Assembly: GCA_036172245.1 (NCBI GenBank) | Contig: JAYWIR010000104.1 | Location: 124,001 to 182,768, forward strand | Source: Raillietiella orientalis | Lineage: Eukaryota | Reading direction: 5' to 3' | DNA length: 58,768 nucleotides | Shown: positions 19,918-33,000 of the stretch, piece by piece | Layout: every line of letters starts with the position of its first letter | How positions within the stretch are numbered: position 1 is the stretch's first letter | Program-made: the position numbers and the translations under genes | Notes under the pieces: generated by a model | Database searches by the model: none | What the model was told of the DNA's origin: nothing | Seen by the model: the letters and a program-made list of their open reading frames with translations, nothing else

Positions 19918-22900
19918 CTATCCAATCATACTAATTACCCATTCTCACCATTACTACCCCATTAGCGCGAAGGTCAAGAGGATCCTCGAGTTTCCCCTGA
20001 CCAGGGAGGGAGGTAGAGCCACGTCCGGAACCCTGGCAGTCGTGGGCGATTTGCGTAGAGCATTCCACTGCTTCGATCGGGAATTTCTTCTGGAACTCCT
20101 GGAACGCATGGGATTTCCGGAAGTCTTTCAGGCCTATCTGCGCTTTTGCTGGCGCCACGCGCTCATGAATATCTGTTTCAGCAGCCAACACGTGTGCGGT
20201 GCGCCTGTTCGGCGTGGCAAAAGGCAGGGTGACGGCCTGACCCGCCTGCTCTTCAGCATCCCCTTTGAGTTGGGTGCTGAGAGCATACAGGGAGACTCTG
20301 GTAACTCTGGCGAGCTCGCGTCTTGGCACGCCTCCCGTGTGGGCCTGTGCCGACGACCTCCTGCTGCTGCTGCACGGATGCATCCCGGCGTGGGCGCTCG
20401 AAGGCTTCATTGAGTTGCTACGTCGCGGGACGAGCTTTGAGGTAAACCTGTTCCACGCTTCCACCTGGCTAGAGCGTTGACAGGAAAGGGGCTTGATGCG
20501 AAGCCGGAATTCCGGTGCGTGCGCCAGCAAAGGGTCAGATGGTCGGGTGGAGGAGGGAGCCCTTGCGGTCGCAGTCGACTTGCGTAAAGCATTCGACATC
20601 GTCGACCAGAAACTCCTGCTGTAGCCTCTGGAACGGTTGGGCTTCCCGGCCACATTATTGTCCTATCTGCGCTCCAGCTGGCGCGACGCGATTATCAATC
20701 TTTCTTTCAGCGGGTAGACCGTGCACGGCGTGCGACACGGCAGGGAGACAGCATGAGCCCCTTGCTCTTCAGTACCTACTTTGAGTTGGTACTGAGAGCG
20801 TACAGGGATCCTCTAAAGCACCTGCCGCACGACTGCGCCGGTACGCCTGCGGTTTCAGCGTACGCGGACGACGTTCTGCTGCTGCTCCCTATGTCCACCG
20901 CGGCTTCGGCGGTCGAGGAGTTCTTCCACCTGCTGAATCGGGGAACCGGACTAACGGTGAACAGGGTGAAGTCGCCCGTGATGCCAGTTGGTGCGGCGTA
21001 AGCAGGGCTGCAGAACTGGGTCCGTTTGGGGATCCCCACGGTGAGGTACTTCAAGTACCTTGGTGTGCCGTTGGGGAACTATTCCCCTGCGGAAGCGTGG
21101 GCCGGCTGCCTCCAGAAAGTAGACACGGCGATCGGCCCGTTACGAGGCGGCAGCTTTTTCCTGCCTGAACGGGCCGCGCTTTGGAACACGTTCGCGGCTC
21201 CACTCCTCCGTTCACTACTTTTTCTTCGCTTTCCCACAGAGAGAATTAAAAAGCGGACGAAGGACCTCCTTCGTATCGCCCTTTGGGGAAACGGGAGGGC
21301 CCGAGTCCGCTTAAAGGACTTGCGCGCTCCGCGTCGGGACGGTGGTCTCGGCCTCCTGACGTTGGAGCGGCTGGAGCTTCAGCACCGGTTCCGGATGTTG
21401 GCCGTTGTGCGGGAGTTGTGGTGCACCTGCTGGTGCGTTTCTGCACGTCTCCTCGGCAAGCAAGCCACCAACAAGACGGGACTCACATCCTTTCTTGCAC
21501 TCCATCGCCGCCGCATCAACCGATGTGGGCTTCAGCTGCGGAGGGTGGCTGCCTTGATTCCGAAAAATCAAGGATGGATCACCTGCTGCCCCGCAAACGG
21601 TAGTGCCTGGTTGCAGGAAACCGTGCTCACGTGGGGACAGATGAGCATGGAACGCGCCCAACAGGAACGACGGTTCGTGTTTGGGAGCTACAAAAGTTGC
21701 ACGAACGGATAGATCTTGGAGGAGAAGAGCGTGGGCAGGAAGAATCCCCCTCGCTGCTCTGCTAGCCTCTTTAATGGAAGATCAGAACAACGATGTTGCG
21801 TCGAAGTGGGAGGTTACAATAACAATCTCCGGAAAGGAGAAAAAGATAGGAGAGTGGAAGACGGGTCAGCTGACTGATACTGCCACCCCGAGTACGCCTC
21901 CCCTTGGAATTCTGCGCTGGGGCGCACTGATCGATGTCCCCATTGAACATCTCAAGTGGCCCCCGGTGCTCATGAACACCTAAAAATGGCAGGAGTTGTC
22001 TCTACTGTTGCAGCACTGGGGACTCCCCTGCAACGCCCGCCGACACCACTGGACCTGGGCAGCGGTCGACCCTAATTGCGTTAGGTGTGGGAAACAGGAG
22101 TCCCTCCTTCACCTCCTTGTGGATTGTGTTGCTCTTCGGCCCCTTTGGTTCCGCTTGGCCGCGAATATCGGAATCTCCTGCGACAACCTAAAAGCCCTCT
22201 TCGTTGCCGACGCCCTTCGGCCAGCGGCCTCGATAGCAGCCTTGTGCTGCCTTCGCGGGATCTTCGCCGGATGGAGCAAGGCTGTGGAGGGACCCCGCGA
22301 CAAGGGTGCCATCCAGGGCGCCGCCAATTTCCTGAGGAGGGCGTCGCGATGGCCCCACCTGGATCCGCGAATACAGCAAGAGCTTTCCGGCATCCTGAGA
22401 AGGATGCAACGGCCCGAGCAGCAACAGAGATCCCTTTCCGTACCTTCCCACTTTTTCTTTTCTTTCTGTTTAGTTTTTTGTTTTTTCCCCACTCCCCCTG
22501 CTGCCGTGGAGGACCGTACCGGTCTGCGAACCGGTGACCCGGCAGGCTCTGCGTTTCTTCGTGCGTGGCTAGAGCATTGGTCCAGCCACTGCACTTCTTT
22601 GTTAAAGTTTGTTCTTAAATAAACGCACTTGCGAAACTTGGGTGAAAATCGGACGCCACATCGAAAGCACGCGTTCCTCGTTTCCTCGTGGACCATCATG
22701 CACGAGGCACGCATGTGCGCTTTTGCGACCGTTCGCACACTCTGCACCGAAGACAACCGCACTTCAGTGGATCGGAATTCGCGAGTGCGTGACTTTCGCG
22801 TGAATCGGATGTGCACAGCATCAGTTCGGGCAGAATGCGCTTCTCTGAGGCAGTTGGTGTGTGCGTCGTCCTGCCTGTGAAGAAGAAGCGCGTCCGCATG

Positions 22901-23354
22901 AACTTGGTACGTGGACTCCTTGGTGTACGGATTCGAGATTCATGAAAGAATTTCTTCGACCTACGTCACTAAGAAAGGTGATCCCCATTTTTTCCGCTTC
23001 CCTCCCAATTCAGTTCAAGTGAAATGACACCAGGTAGGTTAGGGAAGGTTCGAGTAGGTCGACGAAGGACTCTCGAGGCGCCTCCGAAGGCGCCTCCGGA
23101 GCACGGAAACGAATGGACTGCCTAATGTGACGTCACGAAGCGACATTCCTGTGGCTAGTCCTCAGAAAAAGGAAAAAGAACACGCTCTCGATCACTATCG
23201 ATACCAACGGCAACCCATGCACTCTTGACATGCTTCATGCCTTCAGAAGACTGCTAAATACCCATTCATCCTGCGATGGTCTCCCGCCTATTTCTTGCCA
23301 GGAGGGCTCTGCACTCTCTTTCACGCTAACCTCACGGTTCACTTGGGCCGCTGT

Positions 23355-24600
23355 TCACCCCTCTTCAGGGTGCTTCCTCCGCTCCCCGGCTTTCGTATGG
23401 TGAGAAAAGATTGTCGAAATTCTCCGGCTGACTGTCGGTTTTCCTGACGGCGTGCTCTGCATAGATATCACTTGAGCCAACATTCCTTGCCTCAGCTTCG
23501 CCAGTTCCTTCTTTGGTATTCCCATATCTTGGAATACTTTTTCGTCACCAGGGTCCCACGCACCCAGAGAGCCAGCGATGGACGCGGTTTTTTTATTTCG
23601 ATTTCCGCCTTTTCCTAGCAGTGGTGCTACGTCCTTGTACTTTCCTTCCATGATCTTCCTGGCTGTCCTCAGAGTTCCCTTTTCATTTTCGCGTGCCAGC
23701 TGACGTCGAGCGCACATCTGCAGTTTCCTCTTCCCATGACCAGAACTGGTTTTTCGGTAAAAGTTGCTTTTGCAACCCTCTGCTTTCATGAGTCCAGGCT
23801 CCATTTTTCTTCATCCACCGCACTCGTTCTCATGAATCGCGTCCTGCAGTGCCGTGGACAGAAAAAGCAGTCTTTGGCATCCCTTCAGTATGTGGCACAA
23901 CGTTTCGCAGCATCGAAATAAGGGTTCTGGTTTCCCCTTAAGCCGGCGTGCATTTGCGGCACGTTGAGTCTCTCTGCACGAAATCATTTCGGAACCTAGA
24001 ATCTTCAATGGTATCCACTAATGTGGAAAAAGCTGCAAGCGTGATGCATGCCCACGAACTGCATGGCTTTCCTTTGAGTCATGTGACTTTTCGATTGGCA
24101 TGCTTGTTCCCTCTATAGTTTACTGACCACAGAGGTAAACCTTCTTCTCGTGCTGCTGGTGAAGATGAGGCTCCGGAACGTTATACTCAACGGTCCTTGT
24201 TTGAAATCCCATCGTGCTTTCGTTCTTCTCGAGGCCTTTCCTCCTTTCGTCCAATGGCTCTCTGGGTCCTTGTCGCATTGAATTTTCTTCCTATACGTAA
24301 TCCTTGTTACGAATTCTGGAGACTTTCTTACGTCGGCGCTTGCCGCATTCTCTTTTGACCGCTTCGTCTCGGGTTTCATGCGCGAAACTTTTGCCCGCAA
24401 TGCCTGGCGTGGTGCCTCTGGATGCCTCTGATGGGGCATTGCACGCGATGTTCCCATTTTTCACCTCAATGTGTGTTTCTTTTGGTCGTTTGGGAACATT
24501 CCCGATGGCTTTTTTTACACGAAAAGTCCTGCTAAACCATTGGGTTCAGAATGATCGAGGCGGGAGGCTGAAACCTAACAGACAGAACATGGCGTTCGTG
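23355..24600 (-). mobile_element. Decayed NeSL/Utopia-like (restriction-like endonuclease, REL) non-LTR element, C-terminal part
   Basis: CETLCHILKGC (CCHC finger) and ENEKGTLRTARKIMEGKYKDVA..IAGSLGAWDPGDE (REL domain). Homologous to 56390-58260. Confidence 0.8.
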
Positions 24601-25055
24601 TAAGTCCCACGGACTTCCATACTTTAGGAAAAAAGCCAGGAAGAAAACACCCAAGAAGCTGCGTTGAAGAATGAAGGTGAGAAGGAGGGAAGCACGTCAG
24701 GAGCAAAAGTACCCAGGAGCAGCAGGTTGCCGGAGCGGGAGCTATCCTCTCCGTGAAAGCGTCTTTCCCTATACCTGGGCGAGCGTCCCGAATGCACTCG
24801 GCAACGGGGCGAACGGAAGGAGGGAGGACTCACTTTGTGTGGGTGTTCGGGCTGCTTGCTTTCACAGCTAGCACCGACAGAAGGAAATACTCTAACGAAA
24901 ACGTAGAACCAGGACAGCTACTTCGTGGTGACGGAAGCTCCCTGTCGAATGCCAGAAATTCCAATTTGTTGTCAAATCGTTCCACCTGGAAACCATGCTG
25001 GCGGTACTTCTGACAATAACATCGTTCCTGTGACGAAGGAGACCGATAGTTTTGG

Positions 25056-26560
25056 GCGTTTATTGAAGAAACTATTCGGGAAAGGGTAGGAAAGGGTCCA
25101 CCAGCACGCAGGCCTGGAAACCGGAAAGTCCGGAACGGGGGAAGTACAAAGGCACAATAACAAAAAAAAATGAGAGCGAAGGGGTACGGATCTTTGGTGA
25201 CGCACCGCAATCGCCGCGATAAAAACGAAAAACACCAAGAAAGTTACGGAGCTTAAGTGAACGGGAGATTCGAAAGAAATTAAGTAAAGGGAGGGAGAAG
25301 ACAAGGATCACCGGGTTCGCCTTCCAAACTGTCCATCAACCGTAGTTGGATGTCGGTTATCTCTTCCTTTGCTTCTCCTCTCAGGCGAGGCCACCTGGCA
25401 CCCGCCCCGATGTGAGTGGCTGCCATCCTGATGACCTCCCTTCGAAGCCCAGTGATTTCCTGGCCCGAAACGATGGCGCGGATGCAACCCATGGTTGCAA
25501 TCATGGCCCTCGTAGAGAGGTCTCCAAGAGAAAAGAAACGCTGCAGCACGTCTATTGCGGTATCCTCCTGTTGCAGAAGAACTGCTGCCACTTTCTGCCA
25601 CGTTGTTAAAGGGTACCGCAGTCCAAATGCATGTGCACGATCGACTCCGCCGAACACAGTTCGCACATGCAACGCCTCCGCAGACTGGATGCCGTCTCTC
25701 ACTACAGTGAAATCCCCAGTGAACGAAGAGTAGTATGGCCTGCTTCCAAGCGAGCGGGAACAACGAACAGTCCGCACAATGGGGATGGACCGCAATTTCC
25801 TCAGCGGCAACACTCCAAAGTTCGTCTCACCGAAGGATTCCTATCGACTCTGCACGCGGAGTGGCAGCATCCTCCAGCTGGCGCGTTTTCCAGCCTCCAA
25901 AGAGTCTTGCTTTGCCAGCGATGTTGCAGGAAAGCTCCCACTTCGCCGATAAGCTGCTGTCATCTCTTGCCCTGAGGGCAGAAAACGCTGCGGCGAGGGG
26001 TCGAAAACCTCACCGCGTCGTGCATCTCTTCTCCCAGCGGAGGATGTAGGAGATGTTTAGTGAGCATTCCCTGGAACGCAGTCCAGGACTCAGCAGCCTC
26101 CTGACGCCAAGAGTTGTAGTTATCTGGGAGGCAGGAAATCCACAAGTGGGCTTCCGTTAGCAACACCAGTTGCCTCAGTAGGAAGCCGAATCCCCGGATC
26201 CTGCATCGAGTGCCCGGCGCCAGCGAGAGCAAGCGCTCTCTGCCGGCGCATCTCCGTAAGATAGTGCGTGCAGGAGCGCACAACGAGAAGTCCACATTCG
26301 GAAGTGCACTTGCAGTCCGATGCTGTCCGACGTGAGGATGCCAAGCTAGCATCCCGATGCCGAACCGCCAAGTCTTTGAGGAGGATCCTGGACGCCTCAA
26401 GTCCCCACCGCAAGACCACGAACCGGGAAGGGAGCGTCGCCGAAAGCCAGTCCTAAAGCTTGCGCAAGCCTCAGCTTTCCGTGCTCTCCCGGACGAGCAC
26501 GTGGCTGGCGCGCCTGCGCGCTACCTTGTCCGATCCAGCAGCCACAGCCTCACTTATACC
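25056..26560 (-). mobile_element. Tx1/L1-like element, 3' part, inverted relative to 17550-18703
   Basis: HWGFHCSERRH..CANC..QQEDTAIDVLQRF..IATMGCIRA..AATHIGAGARW. Shares cccggtgatcct near the ORF end and the AATAAACGC terminus. Confidence 0.8.
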
Positions 26561-29129
26561 TCCGAGTTCGTACAGCAACATGAACAGTTTATGTCCATCA
26601 TCTGATGAAATCCACTCAGCAACCAAGCGAGAACTTTTCACGAATCCAAATTTGTTCTTGCTCGAACTAAACCGCTAAGCAAAAGTTCCCATTTCCGATT
26701 GACGGAGGCTCCTTGGTCGGTCGGTGGGCCGCAAAGGCGATTCGCAACAGCAAAGTGGATTCTGGCTGGAAATTCACGACCACATGGAGCACCGTTTGGA
26801 AATCGTTCCAGCAAGCTGGAAGGAAAAGGCTTCCTTCTCTTCAGGCAAGTAGTCGTCAGAGGAGAATTTCCAAAACATCCGAAAGTTGGAAGTCTTTCTG
26901 GAACAAAGAGAAACATCAAGGGAGATTTCAGCATAGGGATTGAGAACAGAAACCTCTCAGGATGCATGAAATAAGATAAGATACACTGGTAGATGAAAAT
27001 GACACCTATGTGAGCCATAAACTTTCGACTTGGGATATGCCCAAATCCTCATCGTTCGTAATGCTCTTGTTGGCTTCCCTTCCTAATAAGGAAGTGATCG
27101 AATGAGTGCTGGCAGAACCTCACGGCCACGCAAACTCCAGTGTGCAGCTCCCGGGTGAGTGCATGTCAAGTCAACGGCTTTTTCCCTTTTCATCATACTG
27201 GCAACCAGCTGGAATCGCAAAGCAACGTCGGACTTCAAACGCTGCCCGAGTGCCTGGAACTTTCCTGAGCAAGCTTCGCCATGCGAATTCCTCTCCGGTG
27301 GGAAATTTTGGAAGATGCTTTCTTTCGCAGTGGAATTTTGTCAGCTTTCGTCATCGAAATGATAATTTGCTCGCAAAACAAGTCCAGGGTTTCTGCGATT
27401 CCTTTCAGCAGAAATATCGGAAAGCAGCTTCTTTCAGTTACTATTTTCTCCATCAGGTGAGCCATCACCGAGAGAAGGAGTTCGATCGACAAGGATGAGG
27501 TCATGTGCAGATGACCAATGTGAAGATTGCTAACCTAAGTTTTGGTTCGCACCCTCGCAACGTATTTCCATTGACTGCTGTTACGTCTTCGGCCGTCAAC
27601 ATCAACATCTCAACTAGTCAACATCTTCCATCTATGATATGAGATCTATGATTTTTTGCATACTTCTTTTTTGCTACTTTCGATCTACAAGTTAAAACTA
27701 GGGACTGCTTCTTAAGTTTATTCACTCTTCGTTGTTTCTTGGAAAAGCTTTCCACACATCCTTCATTTGGAAATTCGAATTTCTACTTGGAAAGAGTGAT
27801 GACAGAAGCTCTTTTCTCGCTCCTCATTTCGCACTGCTCCTATCTTTTGTCCTTCAATCTGTCCACTGGACGTTGCCTGGTATCCTACTAGTGGGGTTCT
27901 TCTAGGTTACCAAGCTGCATGGAAATTGGGATTGAAAACGGAACTGCAAACGTGCTTTGACTTCCGTTATTGCAACATTTCAACCAGTGGTTTGACTCCG
28001 CAAAGACGCTTTTCAGAAATTGGCCATTGCGGCTGTAAATTAGGAAACAGTTATTGAACAAAATTATCTTAGATAAGTTGAAGAGGAAACCAACCTTGGA
28101 AATAGACAGTGAAAACTTGTGATGAAGGCTGCCTTCGTGGCAAGCTCGAGTGATGCGGTGATTTGTCTTTCAGAGAAAAAAAACAAAAGAAAGCCGAAAG
28201 GCATTTTCAAAGCAAAAACTTTTCCTTGCAAAACCTAAATTTAGACTGAACTGGACCCCTACTAGACAAAGCTATCTCAATAAGAAGATATATGGGTGAA
28301 TTTAGCAATCGGCAAAGCTTTTCATACATCAGATACGCAAGGCACGCAATAGTAAAGCACATGGATGTTGAGTGGTCTATGATTTCAACTTTTTGCTTTT
28401 GTAGCTTTTCCAACATCTGTTCTTTCATACGGTCGCCTGAAGTGTGTACTGAGATGAATGAGAAAAAATGCAAATGAGATTCTTCGAATTCCATAGACGA
28501 AATGATACAACTGGGAACAAGTACGATGGCACATCTCCAGAAGGAGAAGAGCCATTCTGTGTTTCTTCTCTGAAGCAAATGTCGATTGAATTTGCATAGC
28601 AATCAGAAATTGTGGTAATGCTTCCGGTGTGAGGCATTTGTTTTCTTCCTTCTTCCTGAACAATGTGTTTCCTTTGCAACTATCATCTGAATGAACGAGA
28701 ATGGCCAACTAGAGATCGTTAGATAAGTGCGGGCCGTTCGAATGTGTACGTCCATGTACACCAACTTTTCTGAATATATAATAATCAGGAAAAGTATTTT
28801 GGTGATTGTGTACGGGAAGCGACCGGAAATCCGTCCAGGCAAGGTTTAGCACTTCAAGGGACCATTTTTCCTGTTTGTTCTTGTGAAGAAGGAAGTGGAA
28901 TTGGATCTGGAATGCAGTGTTCGTAACCCCAACGAGTTTTGCTATTGCAGTTGGTAAAAGTGAAGCGTATGCAATGTCCATCGCAATTTGTTTTATTAAG
29001 GTGTCATTATTAAAATAGCAAGTTTTTAAAGTTAAGGAACCACTTATCAATGAAACCTCTTATGAATTAATTGAAATAACTGGACAAATTTTGGCTGCAT
29101 TTATGTAAAGGAAATATTCCAATTTAGGA

Positions 29130-31866
29130 GTGAATAGTCATGAGGAAGAAGGTTATGTCCGGGAGTTGATTTGTGCTGTTCGAGAAGGAAGAACAGAAAG
29201 AGTGAGAAGCCTAATTCATTCTTATGATCTGTCCTCCTCACCAGAATAGTCACAAGGATATGCTTTACTTCATAACACTGTGCAGAATAAACATACAGGG
29301 GTTGTTAAACTTCTTTTAACAATTGGTTCCAAAGTTAAGAGCGAAAATACAAGACCTTGTCAAACTTTTCCTTTGGCTGCTATGAATGGTTACTTAGAGA
29401 TTGCGGAGATACTTTTAGGTAGAGGTGCTTGTATTGATGCTACAGATCAGCTTGGTAGAACTCCACTTCATGTTGCAGTGGAAGGTGTGGAAAAGGATAC
29501 TGCATTAGTTTTCAGTTGTAGAGAGGTTTTTTTCACTGGAAGTGGCCTAAAAGAAATTCCTTTATGCCTTGCTACTAAGGGAAATCCAAATATAGAAGTT
29601 ATCAAATTGCTTTCAAATGGAGGGGCTTATGTCAATGCCCAACAAAGGGATGGTATTGTATTGTATTTCAAAAGATGTATTGTATTTCAAAAGATGCTCA
29701 ATATTGTTGAGCATCTTTTGAAGCATGGTGCTAATGTCAATTCTAAATGTGTCTTTTGGGAGCCACTGCACTTTGCTGTTGAAAGAGCACACGAGGAAGT
29801 GGTTAAGCTACTTTAGAGTGTGGAGCTAACCTTCATGCTAGAGATGAGACAGGTCACACTCCACTGCACTTTGCTGTTGCAGGAAACCTTGAAATCATTG
29901 TTAAGCTACTTTTAGAGTGTGGAGCTAATGTTGATGTTCCAGGTAAGTATGGTAAAACTGCGCTACACCTTGCTTCAAAGAGAACTACTACCTTTCTGTT
30001 CAAAGAGAACATGAAAAAGTGGTTAGGCTACTTTTAAAGTGTGGAGCTAATGTTAATGCTCAAGATGAGTATGGTAGTACTGTACTACGCATTGCAGTTG
30101 TAGTAGCACATGAAAAAGTGATTAAGGTACTTTTAGCATGTGGAGCTAACATTCATGCTCAAGATAAGGATGGTCAAACTTCACTACACTGTGCTGTTAG
30201 AGTAGGATGTGAAAAAGTGGTTAAGCTACTTTTAGGGTGTGGAGCTAACATTCATGCTCAAGACAAGGATGGTAAAATGGCCTTATGCTTTGCTGTTGAA
30301 AAAGGATGTTCAGTTATTATTAAACATATTTTAAAGCATTGTCTTGATGTGAATAACAAAAGTCAGAGGAGTGCTCTTAAGATTGCAGTCCTTGGCCATG
30401 GGAGGCAAGAGTATGGCAAGATTGTTGAAACTGCTTCAGTATGGTTTTAATGTCAATCCTGATGATGTAAATAATTGCGAATTCCTGCATTCTGCTGTTG
30501 AGAAAGGATCTTCGAAAATTGTTAAAAAAAACTACGAAAGTACGCTACTGATGCTAACATGCCAAACAACTTGGCATGGAGTTATACGCCTATACATGTG
30601 CAGCTGATAATAAATACAGGAGGAGGTTGCCAAACTGTTGATTAGAAATGGGGCTGATGTAAATGCTAAAAGCAGAGGTGGTTTGATGCCAATATTTTTT
30701 GCTGTTCGTAATTTCGAGTCGGAAATTACCAAGCTACTTCTAACTAATAAGGCTAATGTAAAAGATAATCCTCAACTACTGTATGTTGCTGCTCAGCAAG
30801 GATGCAGAGAAGTTGTTGAAGCCCTTTTGCAACATGGTACTATTTTCGATACTAGTGATGAACATGGAAAAACGGCATTGCATTTTACTGCTTCAGGAGA
30901 GAAATTTCGTTATTTCAACGTTAAGGGAGAAATTGCGAAATTGCTTTTGAGTAGAGGAGCTAATATAAATGCTAAAACTAATGAGGGTACGACACCCTTT
31001 CATGAAGCTGCTCAACAAGGTTGTCCAGGAGTTGTTGAGGTTCTCTTGGAATTTGGTGCCATAGTTGATTTGAAAGATGAAAGTGGTAGGACAGCACTTC
31101 ACATGGCTTCTAAAGGAGGATATGAGAAGATTGTTGCCATTCTTCTAGATCATGGCTCTGATATTAACATCCCCTGTAAAAATAATTATACAGCACTTGA
31201 TTTTCTATGAATGGTATCAGAAATCTTGAGCAGCTACCCTACAATGATGACCCTATGATAGATGTAGATGATGATTACTTAACTGAAGCTCTTGGTTATT
31301 CGTGTGAAACAATTACTGAATTTCTTATGCACCACATACTTAAGATGAAAACTGCAAATTTGTATGTAAATGGAAGAAATTTACAATTACTTCATAGTGA
31401 CTCTCTAGCTGAAATAAGCCATTTTGAGAGTTTATGTAAGGAAGAAATGAAGTGCCTGAAGAGTGAGAAGCTTGGTAATTCTAACGCCTCATTTTATGAC
31501 ATCTTGACAAAAAATATGGACCAATTAACAATCCTCTTGGGAAATGAAGATATAGTACAAGTCTTCAGATTGGACGATTATAAAATGAACTTTCCAACAT
31601 ACGCCAGTATGATGAATAATTGTTTTAGGAAGGGGGAAGAAAGGAAGAAATTGCTTGTGCAAATCTACAAAAATTGCCACATCTTTCGTGTGTTATCGCA
31701 TGATTGTACTGAAAAGGTACTTTCTTCTCCAAACAACGAAGATTGAAGAATTTTAATAGATTCTCATCAGTGTATTAATGCTAGTAGGCTTGATGGTAAT
31801 ATGGACAATGTGGCAATCACTTCAACTATGTCCAATACATCAATCATGCTTAGGTTGATAGAGTAG
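29130..31866 (+). pseudogene. Intronless ankyrin-repeat protein with PRANC/F-box-like C-terminus, pseudogenised
   Basis: More than 15 ankyrin repeats (GRTPLHVAV, LLKHGANVN, GKTALH) spread across frames with stops (TAG at ~29247, TGA at 31744). The C-terminal CKEEMKCLK..FYDILTK..FPTYASMM..CTEKVLS.PNNED*RIL fits the PRANC pattern. Confidence 0.88.
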
Positions 31867-32349
31867 CAAGGCAAGTTATAGGTAATGATTGCTTCATAAT
31901 TTCATGTTATTTCAAGGAAGTCATTTCATTTCTAAAACTGTACTTGGCATTTCTGATTTTTTCAATAGATTATTTGTTGTTTATTTCAAAAAGGGGTAAA
32001 TGGTAATCTACTGTTCCATTGTCGTAGAGGAATTTGAACATTGGAAAAAAATGAACGTTAGGACGAAGCACCATGCATAACGGACGTATAATTGGGTGTT
32101 GCGCAGCTGTGGTACATTCCGACATTTTTTTTCCCTTTGAACTAAGCATTCTGTACGTTTTGGGCAGTCCTATTTCCATTTTGCTTTAGGAGAAATCGTA
32201 AGCAGTAACACCATTGAGTGTTGTGAGTCGCATTCTGGGCTTCGGTGCATCGTAACCGACACGGTTTTCGAAATTCCTTATGACATTGGCACCGAGGTGT
32301 TTCTCCCTCGCATTACCATCCACCCATACACTCTGTCGTCATCCAAACG

Positions 32350-33000
32350 TTGCTAGCAGTTTTTGCCGCACCATATCTTATCAAGCTCGGTATACAGACA
32401 GTCCTGAATGCCCATAGATGTTGGATGTCTCACCTGAGCTCAGCAGACGAAGAGGTGACCAAAAGTGATTTGACGAGTTACCGCAATTGCATACTGCAGA
32501 AGAGAAGCTCACGGAAATCCATGCCCCAAAACGCGAAGGATAGTTCGCCGTGGATGTGATACCGAAATGTGCAGTGTATAATTGATTGCCCTATATTCAG
32601 TTCTTTACAAAGACAAAAACATTCATGGATGTCCATGCGGACGCTCACGAGGACTCGGAAACGGAGACTCGTGATTTTAATGCTACAGCCCAAAGACTTG
32701 CTGAGGCTATGCGGGTAGCACATTCTCGTATGCATGTGTGATTGGGTGTTCAAGTGAATGTGAAGTAACTTGTTTTGGAAATGCGGAAAGGCTGCCGACG
32801 GTCGGATTCTGGAAATCTGTCCCGACGTCTTCTTCACCAATTCCAATGTCTTCTGATGCATTTTCTTGATTCCGAGGAGCACATTCTTGTGTCACAGATT
32901 GCCAGTTGATCCACACTTGTAAATTTGGGATGAAATTCTTGCAGGTGGGTCGGATCAAAGAATGGAGGCGTTTTGGTTTCTGAGTGGCATGAAGAACACA
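32350..33000 (-). mobile_element. Decayed Jockey-like LINE, post-RT region
   Basis: FQNKLLHI (~LxNKLLIY) and LCKELNIGQSI (~LHxELxIxxI) in the expected order. Confidence 0.4.

Larger units (their letters stand above)
19794..19967. other. NUMT: mitochondrial trnT(+), trnP(-) and nad6 5' fragment(+) inserted in the LINE
   Basis: Abrupt AT-rich, G-poor island inside GC-rich RT sequence. Two mt-type tRNAs on opposite strands are followed by ILTITTPLA (~nad6 HPLA). This is the ancestral arthropod order. Confidence 0.8.
18720..22626 (+). mobile_element. Composite Tx1/L1-like element: AP endonuclease, RT (core duplicated), zf-RVT, 3' UTR; disrupted
   Basis: LLAGD and LSDH (APE). KASGEDRLLAEFY, LLPKGGD..NWWSITLPNADAKL, DLRRAF/DLRKAFD, RQGD, ADD/YADD, FKYLGVP, GGLGL (RT). 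CVRCGKQESLLHLLVDC (zf-RVT). Stops and frameshifts throughout. Confidence 0.92.

Noticed and set aside
23076..23138. Duplicated aggcgcctccg and a CRE-like tgacgtca palindrome
   Set aside because: Short, between TE fragments, and with no associated gene start.
29126..29132. AGGAG as a Shine-Dalgarno site indicating bacterial contamination
   Set aside because: It overlaps the putative start with no spacing. The gene is decayed and embedded in eukaryotic repeats with no neighbouring bacterial genes.
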